A DNA stretch of 63,890 nucleotides, counting the filler, from Kipferlia bialata (Eukaryota), in assembly GCA_003568945.1 (NCBI GenBank). It is 5 parts of 5 records of this genome, joined end to end, with 100 filler letters (N's around TTAATTAATTAA, not from the genome) between each part and the next. Parts side by side here need not be neighbours in the genome. Positions count along the whole stretch, not along the records: positions 33,700 to 50,417 come from BDIP01000580.1; positions 50,518 to 59,147 come from BDIP01000593.1; 3 more parts are not named here. One strand, given 5' to 3'. This document shows, piece by piece, positions 36,038 to 50,596 of this stretch. The notes below the pieces were generated by a model that had not been told where the DNA came from, searched no databases, and saw nothing but the letters and a program-made list of their open reading frames with translations. The position numbers were made by a program, and so were the translations under genes. Positions within the stretch are counted from its first letter, which is position 1, and the number at the start of each line of letters is the position of its first letter.

Positions 36038-39000
36038 TCATCTGTTTCTCTTGCGTGTCCTCTGCTTCTCAGCCACCACTAGTTCAGCCTTGACAGACAG
36101 GCCCTTCTGGCCTCGCACAGCATCCAGAATACGACCTAACGTTAGTATACTTAGTAAATATATAACTCCGTTAGCACTCCATTATCACCAATATTAACAA
36201 CATACTAACACATCAGTGCACCTATATCTATCTCGCACCTATCTCTATACATTTACTATTTTACATGTCTTCACATACCTGCCACATTGGCCCCCGAGTA
36301 TGCCCCGTAGTATCTTATATAGCGGACTATTACCAACCATATACATACCCTTCACATATAACTGTGATACATTAAGAATACAAATATTCGGATACCTGCC
36401 ACATTGGCCAACAAATAGACTTCAAGTACTGTGTTCAGTATACATATTTCACACTTGTAAATGATGATCACATTCACATTAATACCTGCCACATTGGCCC
36501 CCGAGTATGCCCCGTAGTTGTTGTCTGCCACCAGGGAGTGCAGGGTGGACGAGGCCTGGTCCCTGGGGGTGAGGGGAGAGGTTGGAAATACATTGAATAT
36601 AGAGGACATACTGATACCAATGTACCTTGAGTTTCCTGCCTTGCCCTGCCCCCCTCTGCCCTTGGAGTACATGCCTCCCTCGCCCCACTCCTGAGGGGTG
36701 AGACACGGGTAGAGAGCATACACAGACTGAGTCATCAACAAAACACTCTCGTCACATTCCCAATCCCATACATAGATGGTATCACAGATGAATGTGGTAT
36801 TAATACGTACCTCCAGCTCCTCATCTGTGAGTGCAAAGTCGACGTGTCTGGGGTCCTCCTCCAGCTGTCTGTAGGTACCAGGCCGCACAGACAGCTGGCC
36901 CTGGCCTGGGGTGATTGGGAGTTATAATCATCAAAATATATGTGTATAAATATATATATATAGGTATGTGAGGGATATATAGGCTGGCCTCACAGACAGC
37001 TGGCCCTGGCCTGGGGTGAGTGATACACACAGCATATCATGATATTCATATATGTGCCCCTATACCTGACGTGCTCTGAAGTGAGTGACACACACAGGTG
37101 TATATATATAATGATATATACATTTGTACTGCCTATACCTGACGTGGCCGCTCTGATGGCTGATGACAGACCCAGCAGCTCGGCACTGGGCAGGGTGAAT
37201 GCAATCAGGTGGTAGCCTGGGGGTGAGTGTATACATCCCTATTTATATGAACATGTGTGAGGAGTCTCCCACCCATGTGGTTACAACTCATCATACATAT
37301 CTAAATATAGTCAATATCCCCATACCTGTGTGTGTAACGACCTCCTCCGATGTGACGTCTCCTCTCCTCTGACTCAGGACGGACAGGGCATTGCCAGCAC
37401 ACTCCTATAAGGTGAGTGAGGAAAGACCCACGCATATATACAAAGAGAGAGAGAGTGAACATTGTAGATGAGTGGTCACGGACAGGGCATTGCCAGCACA
37501 CTCCCATTGGGTGTGATGCATATCACATACAAACGTATACATATACAAAAGTTATAGGAACACACCTGTGGGCACTGGATGTTTCCCTCCACACATGGCT
37601 CACTGATGGTGACAGAGCAGTTGAGGAAGGCTCCCCTGGGGGTTAGCACGTATTAATGAAAATACATATCGATACACACTATACGACGACATGCGGAATA
37701 ACACATACCTGAGCAGAGTCTGCATCATGGGTGCACAGTCACTCAAGAATACACTTGAACATATATATACATAAATATATATACATATATATATATAATG
37801 TAATCATATCTACATACACCATACCTCAGCAGCGTCTGCATCATGGGAGCACAGTCACTGAGTGACACCAGGACAGGGGGGATGTACCCGTCAAGGGAGG
37901 GAGAGAGAGAGAGGGTGGGCAGGGTGTCAGGGAGAGAGGCAAGGGTGCGGGCAGATATACCCTCGGCTAGGGTCTGGTGTCAGTATCTACAGTGATATGC
38001 AGTGCATAATAGCATATACAGATAGTGCCCCACCTGAGTGTACACACTGGCTATGAAGCATGTGTTGGCAAGGGGCTCCTCAGCTAGTGGGCCTGGTAGT
38101 GAGAGGGAGGATACCACTATCGAGTAAGTACATAATAACATCGTGTAGAAATAGAGATGACCTGAGAGTGCCACTCCGTCGAATGCCTTCTCGAGTGCCG
38201 CTCTGACTGCTGTCACAATGTCTGTGTCTGTATCAGATGTACTCCTCCTGTCACTCCTGGTGTCCTCAAGGACCAGAAGGGCATTGGACACATCCACGCT
38301 GGCCTGGGGGTGAGATATATATATATATATATATATACATGTATTCATTCAAACTTATGCACGGTATCCTGGAAGTGAGATGGACTATAATACGGGCGTT
38401 AAATACAAATAGTAATTGTGTTTGTATCAAAAGGCGTTCAGTTCATTGGACACATCCACGCTGGCCTGGAGGAAGAACATGTCAGCAATGTAACCACTAC
38501 AATCACTACTATTACCTTAGCATTGCTAATGGCACTTGGTCCCACTGTGACTGACTGCACGGCATCCCTTATGGGTATATAGGCAGGGTCAGCATGGGAC
38601 TCGGCATACACACACTCACGCATGGCCTATGGTTTAGTATAGAAAGATCCATACATATACGCTGTCTGTTCGATGGATCTCAAATATATACATATACATA
38701 CATTTAATATCTTATATATAGTGATTGAACCAATACCTGCACCCTGTCTGTGTCTGTGTTGGGTGAATGGCATCCTCAATATATACATACACGTATATAT
38801 ATATGCATTGTATTCATAATGACTACACTATACCTTTCCCCTGTCTGTGTCTGTGTTGGGGGACCTCTTGATAGTATACACATATATATCTATAGTATAT
38901 ATATCTATAGTATATATATCTATATTATATATGTATTACTACACTATACCATACCTGCACCCTGTCTGTGTCTGTGTTGGGTGACCTCTTGATAGTATAC

Positions 39001-42000
39001 ACATANNNNNNNNNNNNNNNNNNNNNNNNNNNNNNNNNNNNNNNNNNNNNNNNNNNNNNNNNNNNNNNNNNNNNNNNNATATGTATTCCTATACTATTCT
39101 ATACCTGCACCCTGTCTGTGTCTGTGTTGGGTGCCTGGGCCAGGTGGGCACGGGCATGCCTGGGTGTAAGTATACAGAAGTACAGGACACACATATCTGT
39201 ATAATAATACTTGTGATTTACACCACTGTAAAGAGTAATGACCGGGGCACGTTGACACATTAATAATTCAGTATTCTCACATAGATTGTATATCAATATA
39301 TATAGTTCCCGAATACATCATACCTAGTCATTGGCATTGCCACCGCTGACACCAGCACCCTCACCACATCATAGGCTGCACCACCAGTCTCGGTCTCCTG
39401 GGTATCAGGTGTACTATCGTGTACACAGAGATGGTGAAGACAATAGTATAGTATGTGGATCTTGTATTTGAGGTGAGGAGGGTGCTTGATTACCTGCTCA
39501 CAGGGCAGCACCAGTGTAAACTCACTGCCGAAAGGCCTTCCGGTAGCCTTGAGCAGAGGGGATACCCCTGGGAGCATGCTGGAGGTTAGTCTGTGAAATA
39601 TAACCTAACTGATATATGCTGGAACTTGAATTGATAAAGATTAGACAAATGAATACAACAGGGGGTTTCTTGAAGTGCCGCCATACCTGTGCTTTGTGTC
39701 GAAGTAGTCCACACCTCGCGGAAATATATAATACACTGTATACATTAATGGACATATATGTATGGCTGTCAAATGCATACTCCATATACCTGTGCTTTGT
39801 GTCGAAGTAGTCCACCCCCCTGGAAGATGGAACAAACCCAGAGGCCAGGGCTAGCATAGTACCCTAGAAGGGTTAGCATTCATTACATATAGATGCATAC
39901 GCATACTAGCATATTTGTTAATATATGGTACAAACCCAGAGGCCAGGGCTAGCATGGTGCTCTGGAGTTACGATCCATGTAGTATATGAATGGAATACAT
40001 GCAAAGGAGGGAGTACTAAGCATAGTGGCCCCATACCTTGTATATGTGAGGTGGGTACATATGATATATACACATAACAACCTTACCTTGTATGTGTCGC
40101 ACTCACTGAGTGACCCAGTGGCTGTACCGGCAGACATGGAGGTACCACCTGTATATAAGTGATATGAGTAAACAAATGAATAACCTCTATCCAATATGTA
40201 TATCAGAATGTGACTGTAGCGGTAGACATGGAGGTGCCGCCTAGGTGTAAGATACAAAAATGAACATATTGTAGGTACTTGTGTATGAGAGGGAGTGTGT
40301 CTGTACCTAGTCCCCTGTCTGGCTTGTTGGACTGGTTGGCACGCATGGCCTGATGGTGAGGGTATGAATAGTGGTATATAGAGAGAATGATATACACACA
40401 ACTATATGCAGTCTATATAACCATACCTTCCTCCGCTGCATTGTCTCCCTCATACTGCTCAGGGTGTAGCTGATGAAGTCCACACTATCCTTGTCCAGCG
40501 CCTCGCCTGTATGTAAGGTATACATATATATATATATATATATATATATGTAGAGAGAGAGAGAGAGAGACACGGATTCTGGTCTTTCTGCTAAGACCTG
40601 ATGGACCACAACTGACTATTGAGCAAATACATTTGTAATCATACATATGCATACCTGCTGCATCGCCCTGGTCTGCCTCTCTCTCTCTCTCTCTCTGTCC
40701 CTCCTGGGCCTCACTCTTGAGGAGGAGGGCGAGGTTCTGCAGCTTCCTAGGGGTCAGAAAGAGTGTATACATACAGAAGACAGAGGCATGGAGAATGTGA
40801 CTAGTACCCGAACACAAGTGATAGCAATACAAATACATCTCTGCATCTGCCACCAACTTGTCCCTGTATCGCATAAGAAAAGTATGTAAATATATGACAC
40901 ACATAGCGTATGAAACATACCTCTCCATCTCTGCATCTGCCACCTCCATATATCATACATATACAATTACGTTAATGTTCACCAAGAGTGTATATATATG
41001 AACATCACATACCTCTCCATCTCTGCATCTGCCACCTCCTCGTCCACCTCTGTCTGACTCTCACTCTCAGAGTCAGAGGACTCCTCATCCTCCTGGGGCT
41101 TCTTATCACCGCCCTCGACCTGTACATAAGTAACACTTCCAGTATTCATGAGTACTACTGATACTATCCAATCTCCTGGACCAGGTACTCATAATAACCA
41201 CGATTAGCCAGGTACTCATAATAACTACGATCTCTGAGGTATTCTGGGACCATTCATAAGAATATGCGAAATATCAAGGTATTTGTGATACTCCCTACCT
41301 GAGCGTGTGTGCTAGGAAGTCCAGGTAGCACAGAGACAGTAGGCTCAGGGTGGGAGGGGGTCATGGGGCCGGACCTGAGAGTGAGTATATACATAACTAT
41401 ACATATAAAGATAACTATATATACATATATAAATACATACATATTGGATAGAGATATTGTGAGTTACAATATGAGGACAGGGGGCCATGGGGCCGAACCT
41501 GAGAGTGAGCAATACGCATAACTGTATGCATACACATATATGTGTGATACAGTGATAATGTACTGCATTTCCAGATATGAATGAATAGTTCACTCGTACC
41601 TCACTGCAGACAGGGCAGACAGGGCATCAGACTACAGAACTCTATATAATATGTAGTATATGACGTATAGAGAAGAAAGACATTATGAATGCACCCCTAC
41701 CTCACTGCAGACAGGGCAGACAGGGCAGTGAATCCACAGCGGGCATTGTCCTTGGCCAGACTGGGAATGAGGGGCTAGGTAGAGAGAGAGAGAGTGAGAC
41801 AGTGAGATACACCAACTATGTGTCAATACCCACCTCTTAGCCCATATCTCCTTGTCGGGTGCTCTGAATGGGATGCGACTCTTGCCATGGACAGACTCCC
41901 TAGAGGTGAGGTATACAATGCAACAATCAAGCCAGTATCAACCGATACTAATAACGAGTCCACCCGCCTGATGCTGATCTGGGGCTTGGACACATCGAAC

Positions 42001-45000
42001 TTGATGGTGCTGGGGAGGTAGAAGGCCTGGCATAAGCATCAGATACATATAGTTCACTAACATACACATCAGGATATGTATAGAATATGCTAATTGTTGT
42101 CATGCACACACCTTGAGGTCATCGAGTAGGCGCTGTAGGTGCACATCGCCTGGGGTGAGAGAAACACACATGATAGGGCAAGAATAGTATCTGAAAAACC
42201 CTGACAAAAGCATCAATGTATCTTCACTCTCTATGGATATACCTGTTGATGCCAGGATGTGTGCCCCCTGGTCACTCATCCACGAGTAGGCAGCAGGGTC
42301 AGTGGCAACTAATCTAGAGTGAGGGGAGATAGGGAGGGAAAGAGAAAGACTGAGAGAGAGAGAGAGATCCAGGAGTAGGTAGCAGGGTCAGTGGACAACC
42401 AGTCTAGGGAAGGAGGGAACAATAAATATCTCGTGAAATAGGAAAATACAACTACTTATGTGTTATGTACCTGTTCAAGGCGTCCTGCAACACCGGGTAG
42501 TGCCATGGGCTCTGGGGTGTGATGGCCACCATAAGTGAGGGAGGGAGGGGCTTGGTCAACAGCCTCAGGGCCTCAATGGGTGGGGGGGTGTCAGAGGCAG
42601 AACGGACCTGATGGTAAGAGAATTAAGTGCTCAGATATACATACACACATATATATACAGTATTCTGACATATTGTATCGTGGTATAATCAAATACACAC
42701 GCTATATAGCCGATTACTCATACATACCTTCTCCTGATACTGTGTGTACATGTCCTGCCCCACTATCGTGGCATGCTTCACAATGGCAGCATCTCCAGTG
42801 GCCGTGATGCCAACGATGGAGCCTGGGGGTAAGTACATATATGAGAGGACGTACATATATGTATGAAACCAATACAGTGGAAATTGACAGTAGTTACAAG
42901 TAGCTACCACCATTAATGTAGTATTTATTCTACCATAAGTTTACAACATACCTGGCTGCCCACTCTTGACTGGTATGTACCCCTTGCCCAGCAGTGTGTA
43001 TACCCCAGACACCGTGGCCAGACAGGAGGTGTCACCCTCTGCCTCAGTCTCAGTCTTTGTCTCTCTGTCCACCCCGTCACTTGGGGCAAGGACCCTGGGG
43101 GTTACTTAGGCTACACGGAAACAGCAGTGCTGCGCGATAGTGATACTGCATGCTATTGAATGTTATGTTATACCTGATCAGAGATCCCTCCTTGATGGTG
43201 CCTGACAGCACTCTCACCAGTGCCACTCTTCCCTTGTCCTACCGTGAGTTGTCTATAGGTATCACATATGACGATTCTAGGTATACTATATGTAAACACA
43301 ATTCTCATACCTTGAGCTCACTGTCGATGTCGAGGCCAGGGGTCAGAAGCTTGGCAGCTGGAGGGTGAGACGGCAACGTCAACCACTAATCACACATAGA
43401 TGTAAACGCAATGCGAAACATACAAATATACTCACCCACAGCCACCATAGGTCCCTCTGGAGATGCCTCTCTGATGGGGTGTGCAAGGGGGTTGGAGGGG
43501 GGACAGAAGGCAGTCAGCCTGCCAGTCTGGGCTGGAGCGTTAGAGATATAATACAAACACAGAGCCGTATGCTTATGATACTATCTTACCCTTGTTTGGC
43601 GGGGGTATGTGCTGTCCAATGGCCTCAAAGACTGGTACATACAGTGGTAGCCAGTTCTGGAAGAGGTGTCTGACCCTCTCCTGCTGGGTGCGCAGGGAGG
43701 TGGCCCTGAGAGTCAATATATGAAAGAAATATATATATACACTCATATATATGAGAGAAAAGTAGGGGGAGGGAGAGAGAGATCTCCTGCTGGGTGCGAA
43801 GGGAGGTGGCTCTGACAGTCAATATAGTATAGTATTGTATATACAAAGAGAGAAAGAGAGACTGAGAGGGAGAGAGAGAGATCTCCTACTAGGGGCGCAG
43901 GAAGGTGGCCCTGAGAGGTTAGTATATCCACAGCTCCTAATACACATGGGGAATACTACCCATGGCCTGTGCCACTGCCTCCAAACGACCAAAAACCGAT
44001 ACAAGTACTAATATATATATGTGTGTGCTGTCTATACCTAGGCAGTTCCACCCCCATGGCCTGTGCCACTGCCTCCAGTGACCATATACCCATAGATATT
44101 ATAATATATAGTAATAATATATAATTACTATCTACCTTGGTAGCTGCACCCCCATGGCCTGTGCCACAGCTTCTAGGGAGTCCACCCCCCCAGTCACATC
44201 CTGACACACATCAAGGGCCTTCCACACAGTGTTGAGGATCAGCATCACACCTGGGGTGAGAGGCAGATATCTGGGTGGATCAATTCTCAGTAATAGATTA
44301 GTTTACATCTGTACCTAGAGGCACTTGCTCCTTCTTCTTGGCGGGCTTCTTGCCAGCCTTGGTCTTCTTCTTCTTCTCCTGGGGGTTATTACAAAACTAC
44401 GTGATGGCACTTAGGACTGACAACTAATATAGTGACTGTAACCAACCTTTGCGATCTTGACGGGTGTGCGAGTTGCCTTATCGAGGGTGTAGTTGGGGCT
44501 GAACAGGTAGGGGGCCAGCTCCTCAGGAGTCATGTCACACCCTGACAGTTGGCACAATCTAGTCAATTCTCACATATCGGAGTATTAGCATACCTAGCTT
44601 CTGAATGGCGACTGGGGCAAAGTCGATGGGTCTGAAACCCCATCCAAACAGGCCAGATCCAAAGACAACGTTGCCTCTCTCAGGTCCAAATAGCCTGGGG
44701 GTAAACGTGGAAGAGACTCCCACAGAGAGAGAGAGAGAGAGAGACAAGAGGTGTGTATCTACCTGAGCGCCTGGTGACTGGCTGTGTACATCCTATCCAG
44801 GAAGTCATGGTCCTTGGCTGAGGCCTCAGTCTCTCTCTCACCCTCGCCAGCTGCTGACTTCTCATCGTGCAGGGCAGCAGACTTGGCCCTGTTAGGTTAG
44901 AGAGTGAAAGATATGACAGAAACGCAACGGTAAAATAGGACTTCAATGAACAATATACCTAACATTGGCGGCCACCCTAAAGACTGCGTCGTTGGTCATG

Positions 45001-46240
45001 TCCAGTATGTGGTTGAGGTGGACAAAGGCAGCTGAGGGGGACAGGCACAGCTCGTTGTGCAGACGGTCAATCTGGAAAGTTAGAACAACACGTGACATGT
45101 TATCGAGTATATACAATTGCGTACCTTGTTGATGACTAGGACCGGTCTGAGTCTGGCCAGGATGACCTGCTCAAGCACAACCTGGGGTGAGAGGGAGTAC
45201 GACACTAAAGAACTATAGATGAAAGAATAGTGTAATCCTAGTATAAGTATAATACCCACCTCTGTCTGAGCACATGGCCCCTCGACTGCATCCACAACCA
45301 CCACTGCACCATCACACAGACGCATGGCAGCCCTGGGGATGAGAATACTCAAAGCAGTGATATATTAATATAAGCAGAGTAAAATAGTAAAAATTCGTCC
45401 ATATATAACAGAGGCACGACAGCAGTGAGAGTAGGAGATGCTCTAGTAAAAGAGAACATGAACAGTGAAGACTGTTGTTCTATATATCCATACCTTGTCT
45501 CTGTTGAGAAGTCCACGTGGCCTGGGGTGTCCACAATGTTCAGAAGCATAGGGTACTTGACCTAGAGTAAGAGTGCTAAAACGATGGATGTGTCCACATT
45601 GTGAACCGCGATGGTCTTTGAGGAGGCAAGTAACATGTATACATAAAAGAGGGACGCCATCTGGAATATTCATGAAAACTAGCTCGAATGTCCTTGATGA
45701 GACATAGGGCATATACAAATGACGTCAACATATGAATTGGTATACACATAGATTGTATACACAATTACCTCGAATGTCCTAGATGATGCAGGTGAGGCAG
45801 AGGCAGGGGAGGGGGAGGGGGAGGGAGAGGCAGGGGGAGTGGGCCCTGTGCCTGGCTTCTTGGCATAGATGAGGGAGATGACACTCGAGTGCATCGTGAT
45901 GCAACGCTCCTAGGAGTTAGTATCTTGTCCTCTATTACTATACCCCCTTCCTTTGTACTAGTGTATCGCCACTTCTCTGCATTCCAGGCCTCTGACGCCA
46001 CCATATAAGAAATTTTCTCCCCCAGTATACACATATATGTCAAATAGTAGACCACTATACCTGCTCGTCCTCTCTGCAGTCCATGAACCTGCTCACTCCC
46101 ACCATGTGCTGGCTGATGTGGCCATTCAGAGACACAAGACTTAGGGTGAGATATATTGAGAGTGAACACGTAATTGTTGATGGGATATCGTAGTGTGTTT
46201 TCCATATGCTGGCTGAGATGGAATACAGACAGAAGGGTTG
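36038..46240 (-). CDS. EFL1: Elongation factor-like GTPase 1 (EFL1/Ria1, EF-2 paralogue for 60S maturation), dozens of exons; 5' end unresolved
   Basis: LVSLNGHIS...RFMDCREDEQ|ERCITMHSS, LLNIVDTPGHVDFSTE, AMRLCDGAVVVVDAVEG, PVLVINK|IDRL, FGPERGNVVFGSGLFGWGF, GDVHLQRLLDDL, GPLAEEPL. The EFL1-type tail LDAVRGQKGLSVKAELVVAEKQRTRKRNR* ends at stop 36038-36040. Confidence 0.9.
38733..39133 (-). repeat. Four tandem copies of an EFL1 exon end + 5' splice site
   Basis: atacctgcaccctgtctgtgtctgtgttggg(t/g)g or a close variant at ~38733, ~38830, ~38951 and ~39101. A 73-N gap lies within the array. Confidence 0.9.
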
Positions 46241-46518
46241 AGATTAGAGAAAGAGAGGGACTTGTGAGGAACACTAGAACAGAAAGAATTTGAAAGGAGT
46301 GCTATAATTATATGAATGAAGGCAGTGGAGAGGTTGAAAGCAATTGAGGCGGGGGGGAGCGGCGGAGGAGAGAGAGGAGGGGGGGGGATACACCACAAAC
46401 ATGCCCGTGTGACCGTGCCCGAGAAAGGAATAGAGAGAGATATAGTATATGTGCAGTACCCAGTGGGAAAGAGTATGTGGGGTGTACGCACCATTGAGAC
46501 AGACATGGGACAAGAGAA

Positions 46519-46557
<39 letters not shown>

Positions 46558-46566
46558 AGCCCTCAG

Positions 46567-46636
46567 ATTGGTGCCATCACCCGCCGTGTCTATGGCCAGA
46601 TGACATGGGACAAGGCGCAGGTGTGTGTGTACAATA

Positions 46637-46679
<43 letters not shown>

Positions 46680-49600
46680 CTTATATATAGGATGGTATAT
46701 ATATATATATAGTATATTCAGTATACTCTATATATGGACAGATGAGATGGGACAAGGCGCAGGTATGGATGAAGTACATTATCACAAAGTTATCATGAGT
46801 ATTGTATTCACTATACATTTGTATATTCTGTTCCACAGGCCAAATGTCTGGGACATGTAAGGCACATGTATCAAGTGCTCGTTCACAGCATGTCATGACT
46901 ATTTCTTCTGTACTCTCTGTCTCTGTACTGACCCCAGGCCCAGGCCGGCATCGAGGTCTTTGACTTCAACCCCGAGGAGGTAGGAACACTTGTAATAGTA
47001 AGATGTTTTCATGATAGTATGCATACATATGTGAGGTAGGGGTAGCGAAAATGTTAACAGTATTGCGATATGCAGATGTAATATTTATTGGTGCATGTCT
47101 CACATCCAGCTTGACGACTCCTCTTCCTCTGAGGAGGAGAGTGGACATGTCGACAGGGTGGAGACGCAGGTACTATATACCATATGTGTGTGTATATATG
47201 TATGTACATATATATAGAGAGAGAGAGAGAAAGAGAGAGGGGGAGTGTACATGTCGACAGGGTGGAGACGCAGGTATGTAATTTAATTGTATCTAAATGC
47301 GTAAAGAGTGTGTGTGTGTGTGTTATAATCTCAAGAATTGTATCTCACTGCCAGGTGCTTGAGGCTGAGGTCGAGGCACCTGAACTCTGCCAGGCCGCCC
47401 TAGATGACGCAGGTAAGTCTGTGTCTATATATATATATATGTTACTTTGTATATTCATTAGTTTGTTGAAATATGTGTGTTTGTATTTGTAGATTGTAGG
47501 TATCATACATTTGTGTATACTCACCCCAGGCGGAGTTCGCGCTCTGGTATCCATTCTGGACAGGTACTGCAATGTGGTACCTCTTTGCTTCGTATTATAT
47601 ATATATGCCATACAGGAATCACCGTGCATATTGCAGCATTGGAATCCGCTATCTGTTTCAGTATCTGTATCTCTGTTCCACTCTGTCTACAACTCTCTGT
47701 CTCTCTCTCTCTCTCTCTATCTCCCTCTCTCCCCGTCCCCCACCCCAGGTTCCACTCTGTCTGTGTGTCTGTGGCTGTCTTCTCCATCCTGCTGGACCAC
47801 TCCATAGCTATAGCGGCACCGGCCAGCAATGCTAGGGTACACGCATTGATATATTTTTCTGTCTATATCATGAGCTTCGAATGCTAGGAATGGCAGGGTG
47901 ATAATTACATTTTGTCAAATTGCATAACATCTTGTGAGACAGGTCTTTCGCGACCATATATTCAGTGTCCTCTCTCCGTTGCTCTCTTTCTGTATCTCTC
48001 TCTCTCTCTACCGCTTAGATCCTGCATGACCATCTGGTCCACGTTCTCTCTCTCTCCACCCCCCACTCTCTCTTTCTCTTTGTATCTCTCTCTCATGTAA
48101 TTGTTTCTTTAACTCAGGTCCTGCGTGATCCTCTCTTCCACGTCCTCTCTGCCATTGGTGTGCCCAGACTGACATATGTACTGGCTGCAGTGTCACCTGC
48201 CACATTCGTAGGTATCTCCCTCACTTTCTCTATGTATATGTATATATATGTATGTATGTTTTGGTATCCAACTCTAGACGTGATTGTGTCCAAGATGTTT
48301 GCATTCCCAGACATGTCAATGTTCTCTCTCTCTCTCTCTCCCTCTCTCTCTATTTATTTATCTATGTATATATATATATATATATATATATTCCTCCCTC
48401 CAACTCTAGATGTGATTGTGTCCAAGATATTTGCCTTTCCAGACATCTCTCTCTCTCTCTCTCTATCTCTCTGTATATATACATATGTATATATACAACT
48501 CTAACCCTAGATGTGATTGTGTCCAAGATGTTTGCCTTCCCAGACATGTCAGTCTATGTCCACAAACTAGACAGAGGGGTCACAATCAGCATCCTCAACA
48601 CATTCAGAACGGCACTCGCATGCTCAGGAATCAGGTACCCGAAACATATTTGCATAGACGTACCTTGCCAGAGTATTTGGTGTATGGAAGTATATTTAGT
48701 ACTTCTAACATCGCATACATATGAGTGTAAGACGTCTCTATTCAGGTACTCATTCCCAGGGACCTGGACCCTGCCCTCATCCCTGTGGTCACAAAGGCAT
48801 TAGGCACAGACCAGGTATACCATATTAGGGAGTTGTGATGTACATATGTGATTTCTCATTCTCACCCCCAGACCGCATCCATTGATTAACATCAATTATC
48901 ATATTACAATATGCTATTTTATATTGTATCGTTGGTCTAAGTCTAAGTGCACTCACCCCCAGACCCGCATCCAGCCTGCCTTTGACATACTCTCATTATA
49001 CGCGACGTTTTAGATCATCATTGATATATATAAATATGTATATATGCATCGGTTGATACTCACTTCTAGACCCGCATCCAGCCTGCCTTTGACATGCTGA
49101 TGACATGCATCAAGGCAGGGGGGACGCTGCAGGACCAGGTATGTCACCAAATATTCACCATACTTAGACCCTTCATATTCCAGTATTATTACTCTCCCAT
49201 GTTCTTCATGTCTTGCTCTCATATCGTCTGATCAGTGTTTGTCAGTAGTACATACAGAGAGTAGTTATAGAGTATTTATACTGACCTCAGGGTACCCGTG
49301 CCCTGCTGTGGGCCCTCAAAGAACTCTATGGCAGACAGAAGCCAGGTATGGGAGAAGTGGATATACTAGTATTGATACTCTATCTCTCCCTGTGTACCCT
49401 GACCCCCTAGGCACTGGGGCTGCTCTCAAGTGCATGTCCGAGCTGTCCAGATCAACAGACGTTGAGGTGGGTTTCATACCTGTATCCTTTAGAAACTCAT
49501 ATACGTATATACATTCCAGAGTATATGAATCCGATATAGACATTGTATCCTAGCGCTCAGACGATTAGTGTCGTACGTGCGTATGTACACCCTAACCCCA

Positions 49601-50332
49601 GCTGCAGCGTGTGTTTGCTCTTGTGGCCAGACACCTCCATGCGGCACTCAAGGCCAGGGTCGGGCCAGGTATGTACTTACAGTTGTATGTCTGTTGTTAG
49701 TTGTGTGTGTGTGTGTGTATACATACCTCCCTCTCACCCCAGGTGTCCAGAAGATGAAGCCCAGTGCGGGTATCCTACCCTTTGGTGCCTGCACTGCATG
49801 CAACCCCCTGCTGCTGCTGGGGCCTGTCCAGGTATGGGTACACTTTCTTTTTTCCCATTTTCCCCTCCCCATATATATATGGTGTTTTGGTGTTTGTCAT
49901 CATTGACCCCCCATAGTGCCCTCCTCTCCTGCCTCACTGTTTATGGAGAGAGAGTAATTAGTATTAGTGTATATATTTGACCCCAGGGTGCCCTCCTTGC
50001 CCGTCTGACTGCTGCCCTCAACACCACCCTGAGTCACTCTGTGTCTGGCACAGCAGGGCATGATACAGAGTGCATATTGCAGGTATATACATATATACTC
50101 GGAAATATTTACTGTACACTACAGTAACAGTAGGAAGGCTTGCTTTTTTATAGTCCAGTATCTATGATATCTGTCAAGAGAGTGTCTTTAACCCCCAGAC
50201 TGCCGCTCTCCTGTCTGAGTGGGTGTATGTCTCCACTGAGCCCTTGACCGATCCATCTTCCCTGTCCTGTGAGGGCGTGCCTGCATTGGATCAGTACTTG
50301 GACACCTCACTCAGTGGACAGTACATGGCAGG
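46567..50332 (+). CDS. Hypothetical multi-exon alpha-helical (ARM/HEAT-like) protein, 3' truncated, 5' end unclear
   Basis: About 15 short GC-rich exons with ...ccccag/gt boundaries encode amphipathic helices (GGVRALVSILDRY, VAVFSILLDH, GTRALLWALKELY). No family recognised. Confidence 0.55.
48268..48551 (+). repeat. Three tandem copies of a 3' splice site + first ~40 nt of exon
   Basis: ctag|a(c/t)gtgattgtgtccaagat(g/a)tttgc.tt.ccagacat with acceptor AG at 48276-77, 48408-09 and 48509-10. Only the last copy continues as coding sequence. Confidence 0.92.
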
Positions 50333-50362
50333 TATGGATACGTATACAAATGTGAATGTATA

Positions 50363-50417
<55 letters not shown>

Positions 50418-50517
50418 NNNNNNNNNNNNNNNNNNNNNNNNNNNNNNNNNNNNNNNNNNNNTTAATTAATTAANNNNNNNNNNNNNNNNNNNNNNNNNNN
50501 NNNNNNNNNNNNNNNNN
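50418..50517. other. Artificial contig-joining spacer
   Basis: 44 N + TTAATTAATTAA (50462-50473) + 44 N. Confidence 0.97.
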
Positions 50518-50596
50518 TTTATTTGGGGGTTTTCCCCCCCCCCCCCCCCCCCCCCCCCCCTCCTCTCTCTCAATATATGTTGTAGCCTGACCCCAG

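Noticed and set aside
22296..46240. Ribosome-biogenesis cluster (AFG2-like ATPase near EFL1)
   Set aside because: The genes are on different contigs separated by an artificial spacer.
36038..46240. Canonical eEF2 or Snu114
   Set aside because: The C-terminal EDP...EELEEWGE...VRGQKGL...AEKQRT tail and large insertions match EFL1 rather than eEF2 or Snu114.
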